Below, in pieces: positions 1 to 10,324 of a DNA stretch of 57,317 nt. The notes under the pieces were generated by a model. It made no database searches and was not told where the DNA came from. It saw only the letters and a list, made by a program, of their open reading frames with translations. Numbering within the stretch: position 1 is the first letter of the stretch; the number at the start of each line of letters is the position of its first letter. Position numbers and translations under genes: made by a program. Source of the stretch: Candidatus Taylorbacteria bacterium RIFCSPHIGHO2_01_FULL_46_22b (GTDB lineage Bacteria; Patescibacteriota; Minisyncoccia; Phycocordibacterales; DSPV01); NCBI GenBank assembly GCA_001820875.1, contig MHRF01000007.1:1-57317 (forward strand), in the 5' to 3' direction.

Positions 1-2
1 AT

Positions 3-1721
3 TTTGTCCTTGATTCGGGTCTCGTATCCGCCGAGGCGTTTTCCGCAGCGGAAAAGGAAGCTGAAACCAGCGGGCTTTCAATTGGTGAAGAATTGGTACG
101 GGAGGGGAAAATCTCCGAAGACGATTTGCGCCGTATGCAGGCGTATGTCTTAGGTATTCCTTTTGTTGATTTGCGCAACCAGAAAATTGATTTTGATTTG
201 CTTTCTTTAATCCCCGAACCCATTGCACGTACGAATAATATTGTTGCGTTCCGAAAGAGCGAAAAGGGACTTGAAGTAGCGATGCTTGATACGAGCGATT
301 TGGGAGCAATTGATTTCGTAAAGAAAAAAGTTGATCTCAAAATTTTGCCACGACTCACCAACAGTGAGTCTATCAAGAATGTGTTGGTGCAATATCAGAA
401 ATCACTGAAAGCCGAATTCGGGGACATCATCAAGAAAGAATCTTCTGCGATCAAGGCGATAAAAGAGGCAACCGATAGCACTTCGGAAAAAGATCTAAAG
501 AAAATGGCAGAGGATTTACCGGTTGTCCGCATTGTTGACACACTGTTGAAGCATGCAATTTTACAAAACGCTTCGGATATTCATATTGAGCAGATGGAAC
601 AGGAGGTGTTTGTGCGCTATCGCATTGACGGTATCTTGCATGACACGATGGTGCTCCCACATCATGTAGGACCTTCGCTTGTCGCGCGCATCAAGGTTCT
701 CTCAAATTTACGTCTTGATGAAAAGCGCCTCCCGCAGGACGGGAGATTTAAAGTTGAAACTGATGGAGAGAAAGTTTCTTTCCGCGTATCCATACTTCCG
801 ACCTATTTCGGCGAGAAGATTGTCATGCGACTTTTGAAAGAAAATTCAAAAGGGTTTACTCTCGAAGGATTGGGGTTTCATGGCAAGGCGCTTGAACATA
901 TTCACAGTTGTCTCAAACAGACCACAGGCATGATACTCTCTTCCGGTCCGACCGGTTCGGGAAAGACAACTACCTTGTATACGGTGCTTGATATTTTAAA
1001 CACACCGAACGTTAACATCTCTACTATTGAAGACCCTGTTGAGTATCAGATGCCTCGAATCAATCAGTCTCAAGTGAAACCGGAGATTGGATTTACCTTT
1101 TCATCAGGACTCCGTTCTCTCGTCCGCCAAGATCCTGACATTATTATGGTTGGTGAAATTCGTGATAATGAAACTGCCTCACTTGCCATTAATGCATCCC
1201 TCACCGGACATTTGGTGCTTTCAACTTTGCACACCAACACCGCCCCCGGCGCTATCCCACGTCTCTTGGATATGAAGGTTGAGCCGTTTCTTTTGGTGTC
1301 GACACTAAATGTGGTGATAGGACAGCGCCTAGTCCGGAGGCTTTCTGACAAGAAAGAAAAGTATTTTATGACCAAAGCTGAATTGGAGACACTGAATAAA
1401 ACTGTGGATCTCGATCGAGTTTTTGCTGCATTAGTGGAGGAACATATTGTTGAAAAGAATCAGTCATGGGAGAAAATTCCATTTTATCGCCCGATGAAGG
1501 GAGGAGGAGATGATGATGGTTTCCATGGCCGATTGGTTATCCATGAAGTGTTGCGGGTGACCTCAACTATCAAAAATTTGATTATTAAGGGAGCATCGAC
1601 TGATGAGATTGAAAAACAGGCGAAGACCGAGGGAATGATGACCATGCTTGAAGACGGTTTGTTCAAAGTGGTACAAGGGGTTACTACTTTGGAAGAGGTG
1701 TTGAGGGTTATTACTGAATAG
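3..1721 (+). CDS. pilB: Type IV pilus/T2SS assembly ATPase PilB/GspE (5' truncated by window edge)
   Basis: Frame open from base 3; ASDIHIE, RYRIDG, PQDGR, Walker A GPTGSGKTTT, TIEDPVEY, RQDPDIIMVGEIRD, TGHLVLSTLHTN. Confidence 0.95.
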   Translation, partial: FVLDSGLVSAEAFSAAEKEAETSGLSIGEELVREGKISEDDLRRMQAYVLGIPFVDLRNQKIDFDLLSLIPEPIARTNNIVAFRKSEKGLEVAMLDTSDLGAIDFVKKKVDLKILPRLTNSESIKNVLVQYQKSLKAEFGDIIKKESSAIKAIKEATDSTSEKDLKKMAEDLPVVRIVDTLLKHAILQNASDIHIEQMEQEVFVRYRIDGILHDTMVLPHHVGPSLVARIKVLSNLRLDEKRLPQDGRFKVETDGEKVSFRVSILPTYFGEKIVMRLLKENSKGFTLEGLGFHGKALEHIHSCLKQTTGMILSSGPTGSGKTTTLYTVLDILNTPNVNISTIEDPVEYQMPRINQSQVKPEIGFTFSSGLRSLVRQDPDIIMVGEIRDNETASLAINASLTGHLVLSTLHTNTAPGAIPRLLDMKVEPFLLVSTLNVVIGQRLVRRLSDKKEKYFMTKAELETLNKTVDLDRVFAALVEEHIVEKNQSWEKIPFYRPMKGGGDDDGFHGRLVIHEVLRVTSTIKNLIIKGASTDEIEKQAKTEGMMTMLEDGLFKVVQGVTTLEEVLRVITE

Positions 1722-1780
1722 AAAGGAGCGAATAGGTTAAGTAGATACAACCATGAAACAACTGTCACACAACAAAAGAC

Positions 1781-1805
1781 CGCTAATCGCTAATCGCTAA
1801 TCGCT
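1781..1805 (+). repeat. Tandem heptamer (CGCTAAT)x3.5 between pilB and pilC
   Basis: cgctaat cgctaat cgctaat cgct read directly. Confidence 0.95.
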
Positions 1806-1813
1806 TTTGCCTC

Positions 1814-3031
1814 ATGTCGCTGTTCAAATTCAAAGCAGAAAAATCTTCAGGAGAAATATACGAAGGGAAGCGCAGTGCTCCTGACAAATTTACTTTGTAT
1901 CAAGATCTCAAACGGGAAGGGGATACGGTACTTTCGACAGAAGAAGTCAGAGAAGCAAAGGGGTCAGGAACTTTTTCGCTCTCTGGGTTGATGAAGCATG
2001 TTTCACTGCGGGATCGCATCTTGCTCGCGCGGAATCTAGGTTCAATGCTTGAAGCGGGCTTGTCGCTGGCGCGAGCGCTCTCGGTTATTGAGCGACAGGC
2101 GAGAAGTAAGGCTCTGCGTGATGTGATCCAAAAAGTTTCTGCCAAAATTAATCAGGGCCAGACATTAAGTGACTCGCTGAAAGAACACCCTGCGGTCTTC
2201 TCTTCTCTTTTTGTATCGATGGTGCGCGCGGGAGAGGAAAGCGGGAGCCTTCCTAAGGCGCTTCGTTCTATTTCCGAGCAGATGTCCAATACCTATCAAC
2301 TGCAGAAAAAAATCCGAGGCGCGATGATTTATCCCATAATTATTATGGTGGTGATTGTGGTCATCACTATTCTTATGCTTATTTATGTCGTTCCGACTTT
2401 GACGGCGGTGTTTTCTGAACTACATGTGGAACTACCGTGGAATACTCGGGTTATTATCTATTTGAGCGGACTTCTTTCAGGTCACCCGTTTTTCGCGTTG
2501 TTTGTCATATTCCTTCTCGGCGCGAGCGCATATTTTTTGCGCCGTTCTCCGACAGGGAGGCGATTGTTTGACGGAATACTTCTGCGATTACCGGTAATCA
2601 AAACAATTGTACAGGAATCAAATTCAGCGCGAGTCGCGCGTACACTTTCCTCGCTTCTTTCAAGCGGGGTGGAGGTAGTGCAGTCGATTGAGATTACAGG
2701 TGATGTGGTACAAAACATTTATTTTCGCAGAGTACTTGACCAAGCACGCGAACGCATAAAAAAGGGAGAACCACTGTCAGTTGTATTTACTGAAAATACA
2801 AAATTATACCCAATCTTTGTTGGAGAAATGATTAGTATCGGCGAAGAGACAGGAAAACTTGGTGAGATGCTTTCCAACGTCGCTGATTTTTATGAAGAAG
2901 AAGTATCCCAAAAGACAAAAGATCTCTCTACGATTGTAGAACCAGTGCTGATGGTGGTTATCGGATGTGCAGTCGCGTTCTTTGCTCTTTCTATGCTTGC
3001 TCCAATGTACTCGTTGGTGGATAGCATATGA
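1814..3031 (+). CDS. pilC: Type IV pilus platform protein PilC/GspF
   Basis: Two T2SSF repeats (MVRAGEESGSL, MISIGEETGKL, IVEP), three TM segments, follows pilB. Confidence 0.95.
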   Translation: MSLFKFKAEKSSGEIYEGKRSAPDKFTLYQDLKREGDTVLSTEEVREAKGSGTFSLSGLMKHVSLRDRILLARNLGSMLEAGLSLARALSVIERQARSKALRDVIQKVSAKINQGQTLSDSLKEHPAVFSSLFVSMVRAGEESGSLPKALRSISEQMSNTYQLQKKIRGAMIYPIIIMVVIVVITILMLIYVVPTLTAVFSELHVELPWNTRVIIYLSGLLSGHPFFALFVIFLLGASAYFLRRSPTGRRLFDGILLRLPVIKTIVQESNSARVARTLSSLLSSGVEVVQSIEITGDVVQNIYFRRVLDQARERIKKGEPLSVVFTENTKLYPIFVGEMISIGEETGKLGEMLSNVADFYEEEVSQKTKDLSTIVEPVLMVVIGCAVAFFALSMLAPMYSLVDSI

Positions 3032-4845
3032 TCAAAATGCAAACATTCACTCGGAAGAAACAAGCACAGGGATTTACTCTGGTTGAAACAGTGGTATCTG
3101 TGGCGATTTTCGTGACTGTGTTTCTTTCTTTGTATGGCGTGTACTCGCGCATTTTTACACTTATGTCCATTAGCCGATTAAAGACGGTTGCGGTGGCGCT
3201 TGCAAATGAGCAACTAGAAATTGCGCGGAACCTTCCTTATGCAAACGTTGGAACGCAAACTGGTATTCCTAATGGATCAATCCCCGCTTCACAGACACTT
3301 GCCCGCGGAAATGCGACATTTACAGTAACTACCGTAGTACGCAATATTGATGATCCGTTCGATGGGTCTATTGGAGGTGTCCCGAATGATACTGCGCCTG
3401 CTGACTACAAGTTGGTAGATATAACGGTAGTGTGTGCAACGTGCGCTAACTTTACTCCGATTGCACTTTCTACATATGTTGCCCCTAAAAATCTTGAATT
3501 TTCCTCTTCGGACAACGGTGCATTGTTCGTGCACGTATTTGATGCCAATGGTCAGCCGGTTTCTGATGCAGCAGTTCATATAGAAAATAATTCAGTAACA
3601 CCTGCTATTGTGATTGACGATGTAACCGGTGCGAACGGCACTTTGCAGCTCATTGATGTTCCACCAGGAACTGAAGTCTATGAAGTAACGGCAACGAAAA
3701 GTGCATATTCAACCGACGAAACTTATCCTGCGGGAGCTGTGGGGAATCCGAACCCAACAAAACGTCATGCAACTGTTGCTCCTGAACAAGTCACCTCTCT
3801 TTCTTTGTCTATTGATCGACTGTCAACGATCACTTTTTCCAGTGTAATCGATATCTGTGCCCCTGTGGCTGACATTGATTTTCATTTATCGGGGTCTCGA
3901 TTGATTGGTACTGAACCGGATGTGTTGAAGTCGGATGCTTCGTATGTCACCAACGCGTCGGGTATTAAAACGCTTTCAAGTGTGGAATGGGATACATACA
4001 ATTTTTCTCTGACTGACGGCGGGTATGATTTGGCAGGGTCCAATCCGCTGTTGCCTTTGGCAATTACTCCGAATTCTTCGCAAAATGTGCAACTTACCGT
4101 CATTCCAAAAGATCCACGTTCTTTGATGGTGACGGTGCGGGACGCGGCGACGGGGTTGCCCATTTCCGGAGCGTCAGTTGTTATAACAGGCGTAGCTGAT
4201 GCAACACTGATCACTGGTCGTGGTTCTATTACCCAGACTGATTGGTCAGGAGGGGATGGGCAGGCGACGTCCACCAATCCCGCTGGGGAGAACGAATATT
4301 TTAGTTCAGATGGAAATGTCGATGTTTCAAGTCCATCAGGTGAGGTCAAATTATTACTTGTGGGAAGCGAATATGTTTCTTCAGGCACGCTGGTTTCTTC
4401 CGCCTTTGATACAGGCTCTCCGAGTAATTTTCAGACTATTATTTGGCAGCCGAGCACCCAGCCGTCCGATGCAGGGGCTGATAGCGTCAGAGTTCAAGTG
4501 GCAACCAATAGTGACGCTGGGACATGGAACTTTTTAGGTCCTGATGGAACGGCAGGATCGTATTATACAATTGCTGATACCAATATTAATGCAGTGCACA
4601 ATAATAATCGCTACTTCCGATACAAGTTATTTCTTGCCACAGCCACGACCTCGGTTACTCCTTCCGTTTCAGATGTTTCATTTACATTCACTTCTGCATG
4701 CGTACCGCCCGGTCAAGTCATATTTACCGGTTTGAACGCAGGTACAGTCGACATTGCTGTTTCCAAGTCAGGATATCAGACCGCAACGTCTTCAGTATCC
4801 GTTATTAATAACTGGCAAAGCACCGATATACCACTTTCTCCTTAA
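3028..4845 (+). CDS. Large minor pilin with carboxypeptidase-regulatory-like beta domains
   Basis: Prepilin site QG|FTLVE plus hydrophobic helix; VHVFDANGQPVSDAAV and VTVRDAATGLPISGASV motifs. Confidence 0.85.
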   Translation: MIKMQTFTRKKQAQGFTLVETVVSVAIFVTVFLSLYGVYSRIFTLMSISRLKTVAVALANEQLEIARNLPYANVGTQTGIPNGSIPASQTLARGNATFTVTTVVRNIDDPFDGSIGGVPNDTAPADYKLVDITVVCATCANFTPIALSTYVAPKNLEFSSSDNGALFVHVFDANGQPVSDAAVHIENNSVTPAIVIDDVTGANGTLQLIDVPPGTEVYEVTATKSAYSTDETYPAGAVGNPNPTKRHATVAPEQVTSLSLSIDRLSTITFSSVIDICAPVADIDFHLSGSRLIGTEPDVLKSDASYVTNASGIKTLSSVEWDTYNFSLTDGGYDLAGSNPLLPLAITPNSSQNVQLTVIPKDPRSLMVTVRDAATGLPISGASVVITGVADATLITGRGSITQTDWSGGDGQATSTNPAGENEYFSSDGNVDVSSPSGEVKLLLVGSEYVSSGTLVSSAFDTGSPSNFQTIIWQPSTQPSDAGADSVRVQVATNSDAGTWNFLGPDGTAGSYYTIADTNINAVHNNNRYFRYKLFLATATTSVTPSVSDVSFTFTSACVPPGQVIFTGLNAGTVDIAVSKSGYQTATSSVSVINNWQSTDIPLSP

Positions 4846-4849
4846 GCAT

Positions 4850-5467
4850 ATGCTTTTCCCTTTTAATAAAACACAGGGCGTGACGGTTACCGAGATAGTA
4901 GTGGTGATAGCCATTTTATCTGCGCTTGTTGCTGCATTCGGTTCGCTTCAGTCGGACACATTCTTTTTGAGCCGAGTTTTTAATCAGGGATTAACTGCTT
5001 CGTATGGTGCAACCAAAGTGCTCAAAGATATTGCGGGTATCATCCGCACTTCAGAACCTTCTGCACTCGGGGCATATCCGATTGAGCAAGCGGCAACAAG
5101 CACACTTACCTTCTACGCTGATGTCGATGCTGATGGGGTGACTGAAAGAATCCGTTATTTCATTGCGTCTTCCACTCTCTATAAAGGTGTGATAAAACCG
5201 TCGGGCAACCCATTGGCCTATAACCCTGCGAGCGAGACTCTGTCATCGCTGATTACTAATGTGATGAATGGGACATCCACAGCACTCTTTTTATATTATG
5301 ATAAAAACTATGACGGAACGTCTGCAGCTCTCCCGATTCCGGTATCTATAGCGAACATCAGACTTATCAAGGTGAGTGTGGTCATTGATCCAAATTCTGC
5401 GCAACCACTGAAGGCAATGACAATTACCACACAAGCGACTTTACGAAATCTTAAAGATAACCTCTAG
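4850..5467 (+). CDS. Minor pilin (PilW-like)
   Basis: QG|VTVTEIVVVIAI prepilin-like site; start moved to ATG 4850. Confidence 0.8.
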   Translation: MLFPFNKTQGVTVTEIVVVIAILSALVAAFGSLQSDTFFLSRVFNQGLTASYGATKVLKDIAGIIRTSEPSALGAYPIEQAATSTLTFYADVDADGVTERIRYFIASSTLYKGVIKPSGNPLAYNPASETLSSLITNVMNGTSTALFLYYDKNYDGTSAALPIPVSIANIRLIKVSVVIDPNSAQPLKAMTITTQATLRNLKDNL

Positions 5468-6943
5468 ATGAACAGATTATCTCTAAAGAAACATAAAGGA
5501 TTTATGCTCATCGGAGTGTTGGTATTCGGCACAATCGCAGTACTTTTAATTGGAAGCATTGTTGGTTTTGGCAATTCAGTTCTTCAGCTTTCTCGCCGAG
5601 TAGCTGAACGAGAAATGGCTTTTCAAATTGCGGAGGCGGGAGTTGATTATTACCGATGGCATTTAGCGCATGACTCTGACGATTATCAAGATGGGACAGG
5701 ACAGGCAGGACCATATACACATCAATTTTTTGATAAGTCAGGCGATCACATCGGTGATTTTGTATTGACTATCACTCCTCCTATAAGTGGATCGACCATT
5801 GTGACCGTTCTGTCTGAAGGTCGCCTCGCCACGACAACGGCAGGAATAGTAGTTTCTCGAAAAATAAAAACGCGTCTCGCCATACCTTCTTTTGCAAAAT
5901 ATGCGGTAGTGGTTAATGACGCTGTTCGTTTTGGGGAAGGAACAGAGGTGTTTGGTCCGATTCACTCAAATAGTGGAATACGGTTTGACGGTTTGGCGCA
6001 CAACCTCGTGACCAGTGCAGTAACAAGTTATGATGATCCCGATCACACGGGGGCTGTAGAATTTGGCGTGCATACCCACTTGAGGCCTCCGCCGCTGACC
6101 GGCAGTTATACCGGATTTGTTTCAGCTGAAGCCCCTCCAAGCACGGTGTCGACGCGATCAGATGTATTTCAGGCAGGACGATTGTTTCCGGTACCGGCAG
6201 TTGATTTTACCGGCATCACCACTGATCTGGCGAGTATAAAAGCGGATGCGCAGGCATCGGGTAGATATTTTGCCCCATCAGGGTCTTTTGGATATCATGT
6301 CGTCTTTTTCACTGATGATACGTTCAATTTATATCGGGTTACTGGACTCTCGAACATTCCCAATCAGTGCACCAATACGTCCAATCAGGAGGGGTGGGGC
6401 ACGTGGAGTATTCGTTCAGGCGGCGAGACTCTCTTGGGCAACTATGCGATTCCTGCAAATGGACTCATCTTTATTGAGGACAATGTATGGGTAAACGGGA
6501 CAATTAATACTGCCCGAGTAACACTTGCGTCAGGGCGTTTCCCAGATAATTCGACCACGAGGACTTCGATAACGGTTAATAGCGATTTACGTTATACCAA
6601 TTATGACGGGAGAGATGTTATTGCACTGATTGCCCAAAAGAATATGAACGTGGGTTTGTATAGTAGTAATATTCTCCGGATTGATGCTGCACTAATTGCC
6701 CAAAATGGCCGTGCAGGCCGGTACTATTATGAGTCGGACTGCGGATCGGAACGTATTCGCAATACGATCACTCTCTATGGCATGATCGCATCAAGCCAGC
6801 GATATGGTTTTGCCTATACAGACAACACGGGATATATTAACCGCGATATTATTTATGATAGTTTCTTGTTATATGGTCCGCCACCGTCATTTCCGCTGAC
6901 TTCAGATCAATACCAAACTATTTCGTGGGAGGAGATTCAATAA
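5468..6943 (+). CDS. PilX-like minor pilin
   Basis: KG|FMLIGVLVF lacking Glu+5, AFQIAEAGVDY motif, beta-rich C-terminus. Confidence 0.8.
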   Translation: MNRLSLKKHKGFMLIGVLVFGTIAVLLIGSIVGFGNSVLQLSRRVAEREMAFQIAEAGVDYYRWHLAHDSDDYQDGTGQAGPYTHQFFDKSGDHIGDFVLTITPPISGSTIVTVLSEGRLATTTAGIVVSRKIKTRLAIPSFAKYAVVVNDAVRFGEGTEVFGPIHSNSGIRFDGLAHNLVTSAVTSYDDPDHTGAVEFGVHTHLRPPPLTGSYTGFVSAEAPPSTVSTRSDVFQAGRLFPVPAVDFTGITTDLASIKADAQASGRYFAPSGSFGYHVVFFTDDTFNLYRVTGLSNIPNQCTNTSNQEGWGTWSIRSGGETLLGNYAIPANGLIFIEDNVWVNGTINTARVTLASGRFPDNSTTRTSITVNSDLRYTNYDGRDVIALIAQKNMNVGLYSSNILRIDAALIAQNGRAGRYYYESDCGSERIRNTITLYGMIASSQRYGFAYTDNTGYINRDIIYDSFLLYGPPPSFPLTSDQYQTISWEEIQ

Positions 6944-6970
6944 CGCGGGGAGAATGCTATAATCTCTCCT

Positions 6971-7747
6971 ATGCAACGCCGCAAAAAAATTGTTGTGGGT
7001 AATTGGAAGATGAATCCAAACGCTCTGGTTGACGCAAAGTCCATTTTTTCAAAAATAAAACGTGTTGCACTCCGCGCGAAAAAGACACAAACAGTCATTT
7101 GTCCTCCGTTTGTACACGTTGCCCCACTTGTTTCCCTTGCAGGAAAAAGTAGCATAGCAGTTGGTGTGCAGGATGTGTTTTGGGAAGATCAGGGGTCGTT
7201 TACAGGCAGCATATCAGCGTCCCAAGCAAAGGGGGTGGGCGCACAGTACGCGATTGTTGGGCACTCCGAGCGGCGAAAACAAGGTGAAGACAATGAACAA
7301 GTTGCTCGAAAACTTTTTTCGGCCACCAAACAAGGACTTGTTGGCATACTTTGTGTCGGCGAATCTGCGCGTGATCGGGAAGGAAATTTTTTTGCACAAC
7401 TCAAAGATCAGATTCTTGCATCGCTTTCAAATATTGCCGGCGGGGTGCTTGCGCGTTCGGTGATTATTGCCTACGAACCTGTCTGGGAGGTTGGACGGAG
7501 TGATTTTCAAGCAATGAAACCCTCTGACATTCATGAGACGTCAATTTTCATACGTCGGGTGATTACTGATGTGTTCGGGCCAGAAGTGGCGCAGCAGGTG
7601 CCAGTCTTGTATGGAGGTTCAGTATCAGTTGAAAACGCAGTGGCTACTGTGTTTGAAGGAGAAGTTGACGGGCTTCTGATCGGCAGACAGAGTTTGATTC
7701 CGGAAAATTTTTGCCAGATTATAAAACAGATCAATGCAGGCAAATAA
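6971..7747 (+). CDS. tpiA: Triosephosphate isomerase
   Basis: GNWKMN, GHSERR, AYEPVW, LYGGSV. Confidence 0.97.
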   Translation: MQRRKKIVVGNWKMNPNALVDAKSIFSKIKRVALRAKKTQTVICPPFVHVAPLVSLAGKSSIAVGVQDVFWEDQGSFTGSISASQAKGVGAQYAIVGHSERRKQGEDNEQVARKLFSATKQGLVGILCVGESARDREGNFFAQLKDQILASLSNIAGGVLARSVIIAYEPVWEVGRSDFQAMKPSDIHETSIFIRRVITDVFGPEVAQQVPVLYGGSVSVENAVATVFEGEVDGLLIGRQSLIPENFCQIIKQINAGK

Positions 7748-8861
7748 ATTACCCTCGCTTTTAGATGCACCTCTTTCTGCAGGAACTCGCGTGTTGCTGG
7801 CACTTGATCTCAATGTTTCTTGCCAAGACGGAAAAGTGACAGACACATTTCGCATTGAGAAGGTTCTTCCGACACTTGAATATTTAAGTAAAAAAGGATG
7901 CCGAACGATGATTATCAGCCATATGGGGTCTGATGGATCGAGAACCCTTGCTCCGATCGCTGAATTTTTGAAGAAGACTTTCAAAATACTTTTTGCAAAT
8001 AGTCTTTCCGAAGCGAGGGAAATGTCCGCCACGCTCTCAAATGGTGAATTTCTTCTTTTAGAAAATATTCGGAGAGAAGCAGGAGAAATGGCAAATGATC
8101 CGGAGCTTGCAAAGCGTCTCGCTTCGCTTGCCGATATATATGTCAACGAGGCATTTTCTGTTTCTCACCGTGCGCATTCATCGGTGGTCGGAGTACCAAA
8201 ACTTCTCCCTTCATTTGCAGGATTTCAGTTTATTGAGGAAGTAGAAAAACTTTCGACCGCATTAAAACCAATACACCCCTCTTTGTTTGTGCTCGGCGGT
8301 GCGAAATTCGAGACCAAATTACCACTCTTGATGAAATTTTTGAATCGATATGATCGGGTGTTTGTCGGTGGGGCGCTGGCAAACGATTTGTTTCGTGCGA
8401 TGGGAGTTTCTGTGGGCGATTCCCTAGTGAGTGAACGCACACTTGATTTGAAAGTAGTAACTGAAAATCCGAGTGTCAGACTCCCTCTTGATTTTTTAGT
8501 GCAAAAAGGGCCGGTGACTGTGGTAACGCCGCCTGAGGCGCTTGGCAAGGGAGAGCGCGTCGTTGATTCAGGACCGAAGACCGCGGAATTTCTTGCAGAA
8601 CTTGCGGCCGAATCCAAATTTATTCTCTGGAACGGCCCTTTGGGTGAATTTGAACGTGGATTTTCCGAGCGCACACTCGCGTTTGCCCGTGCAGTTGCAG
8701 AAAGTGGAGCTCATTCAATTGTAGGAGGAGGGGACACCATTAGTGCGATTCAATCACTCAACATGCTCGAGAAATTTGATTTTGTTTCAACGGGTGGTGG
8801 CGCCATGCTTGATTTTCTCGCCAACGAAACTCTGCCGGGGATTGAAGCTTTGAAAAAATAA
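7734..8861 (+). CDS. pgk: Phosphoglycerate kinase
   Basis: DLNV, SHMG, LLENIR, HRAHSS, GGAK, WNGPLG, GGGDT, STGGGA. Confidence 0.97.
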   Translation: MQANKLPSLLDAPLSAGTRVLLALDLNVSCQDGKVTDTFRIEKVLPTLEYLSKKGCRTMIISHMGSDGSRTLAPIAEFLKKTFKILFANSLSEAREMSATLSNGEFLLLENIRREAGEMANDPELAKRLASLADIYVNEAFSVSHRAHSSVVGVPKLLPSFAGFQFIEEVEKLSTALKPIHPSLFVLGGAKFETKLPLLMKFLNRYDRVFVGGALANDLFRAMGVSVGDSLVSERTLDLKVVTENPSVRLPLDFLVQKGPVTVVTPPEALGKGERVVDSGPKTAEFLAELAAESKFILWNGPLGEFERGFSERTLAFARAVAESGAHSIVGGGDTISAIQSLNMLEKFDFVSTGGGAMLDFLANETLPGIEALKK

Positions 8862-8868
8862 GAAACTT

Positions 8869-9639
8869 TTATTTATAGGGTTGGCTGATACCCCAAATTG
8901 TTTCAAACATGGCATGTATGATTTTGTATACGTCTTTGGAGATAATCACTACCCCTCCGCCATCTTCCACATAAGAGACAAAGGCAACTGAAGTATCGAA
9001 TAAAATCAACAACGAGTTGAATTTGTCCGACATGTTTTTGGGCATATATCTGGGATTCCTAGATACTCTTTCTTCTGCATTTAATTTCCGTCCCGAATAT
9101 CCTTGATCCCAGAGGGTGCGGGATTTTATACCATAATATTTCCTTGCTTTCAGATAGTATTTACCAAACTCGTCATCTATATCCCGCAGGTAGTTATTGT
9201 ACGGGGCAATGATATCCCACCGTTTATTCTTGGCGCGGAAGGCGATGTCAAAAAGTGATCTCACTCCGTTTTTTCCGGTGAATCGTTTCACATTGAAATC
9301 TTCAATTTCCATTGTTTTTACTACTCCCAGTGATCGGATGAGATCTGGAAGACCTGTCTCAAGTTTTTGTATATCATGCTTCTTTTCCTCGATGAGAGAG
9401 CCGAAGCGGTTAGGATCAACTGCTGTGTATCTTTTTATCGTATCTCCTGTTTCAGACACTAGGCCTTTTGATTCCAAAGAGAGGAGTGTGTGATATACCG
9501 TCGGCCTCTTTACATCTGAAATGAAGGAAAGCTCTTGAGCAGTAGCGTTAGGTTTTTTCACGAGGGCTAAGAACACTCCTATCTCCTTGATGGATAGGCC
9601 AAAATTAGTTAGGTATTTGATGATTTCTTTGTCCTGCAT
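8869..9639 (-). CDS. TrmB-family HTH transcriptional regulator
   Basis: N-terminal wHTH (GLSIKEIGVFLAL...KRPTVYHTLLSLESKGLV), coiled coil, C-terminal domain ending FETIW. Confidence 0.85.
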   Translation of the reverse strand: MQDKEIIKYLTNFGLSIKEIGVFLALVKKPNATAQELSFISDVKRPTVYHTLLSLESKGLVSETGDTIKRYTAVDPNRFGSLIEEKKHDIQKLETGLPDLIRSLGVVKTMEIEDFNVKRFTGKNGVRSLFDIAFRAKNKRWDIIAPYNNYLRDIDDEFGKYYLKARKYYGIKSRTLWDQGYSGRKLNAEERVSRNPRYMPKNMSDKFNSLLILFDTSVAFVSYVEDGGGVVIISKDVYKIIHAMFETIWGISQPYK

Positions 9640-9650
9640 AATTGTTTATA

Positions 9651-9671
9651 TGTTCATATTATTTATGAACA
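9651..9671. promoter_or_regulatory. Palindromic operator candidate TGTTCATA-N5-TATGAACA
   Basis: Perfect 8-bp inverted repeat between divergent regulator and ferritin-like genes. Confidence 0.55.
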
Positions 9672-9725
9672 GATGTTGTTATTACCCTATCAAACAGATT
9701 AAAGTTTGTACAGAAAGGAAGAAAA

Positions 9726-10265
9726 ATGAACACAAGAAAGAAAATGAACTCCGTGGAATGGTGGGTTGCCACCAAAAGTAGCCCAACTGCACTTCTTAAG
9801 TGGTTGAAGGATCAATATCATGGCGAAGTGACGGCTGCAACAAGAATGCGGGAACTGATCTTGATCTATCCCGCTAATCCAAAGTGGAAACAGACGGTGG
9901 AGACAATCGCCCAACAAGAGGAAACACATGCACAATGGGTGGGAGCTCTTTTGACAGCAAGAGGGGTCCATCCAGAAGTTCTCCAGAAACGTGAACGCTA
10001 CTGGGAGAATACTTTAAAACAGATCACCGATTGGGATACAGGTTGCGCGGTCGCCGCTCATGCCGAGGCTATGCGGTTGGAGCGTATCCGAGCGATTTGC
10101 AATGATCCCGATGCGCCAAGTGATGTGAGAGAGGTATTTGGGAAGATTCTTCCGCAGGAGGAGTTTCACGAGAAAGCCTTCCGTTCTTTCACGACTGACG
10201 TGGCCATGAAGAGAACACTTGAGGGTCACTTGGCAGGTATGAACGAGCTCGGGCTCGTTCCATGA
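9726..10265 (+). CDS. Ferritin-like di-iron four-helix-bundle protein
   Basis: Ligand pattern E...EETH...E...EEFH; AGGAAG upstream; hairpin plus T-tract downstream. Confidence 0.75.
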   Translation: MNTRKKMNSVEWWVATKSSPTALLKWLKDQYHGEVTAATRMRELILIYPANPKWKQTVETIAQQEETHAQWVGALLTARGVHPEVLQKRERYWENTLKQITDWDTGCAVAAHAEAMRLERIRAICNDPDAPSDVREVFGKILPQEEFHEKAFRSFTTDVAMKRTLEGHLAGMNELGLVP

Positions 10266-10324
10266 CTCTAGAAATAGAGTGCTTTAATCAAAGGGTTATC
10301 ACCGCAATGTGGTAACTCTTTTCT

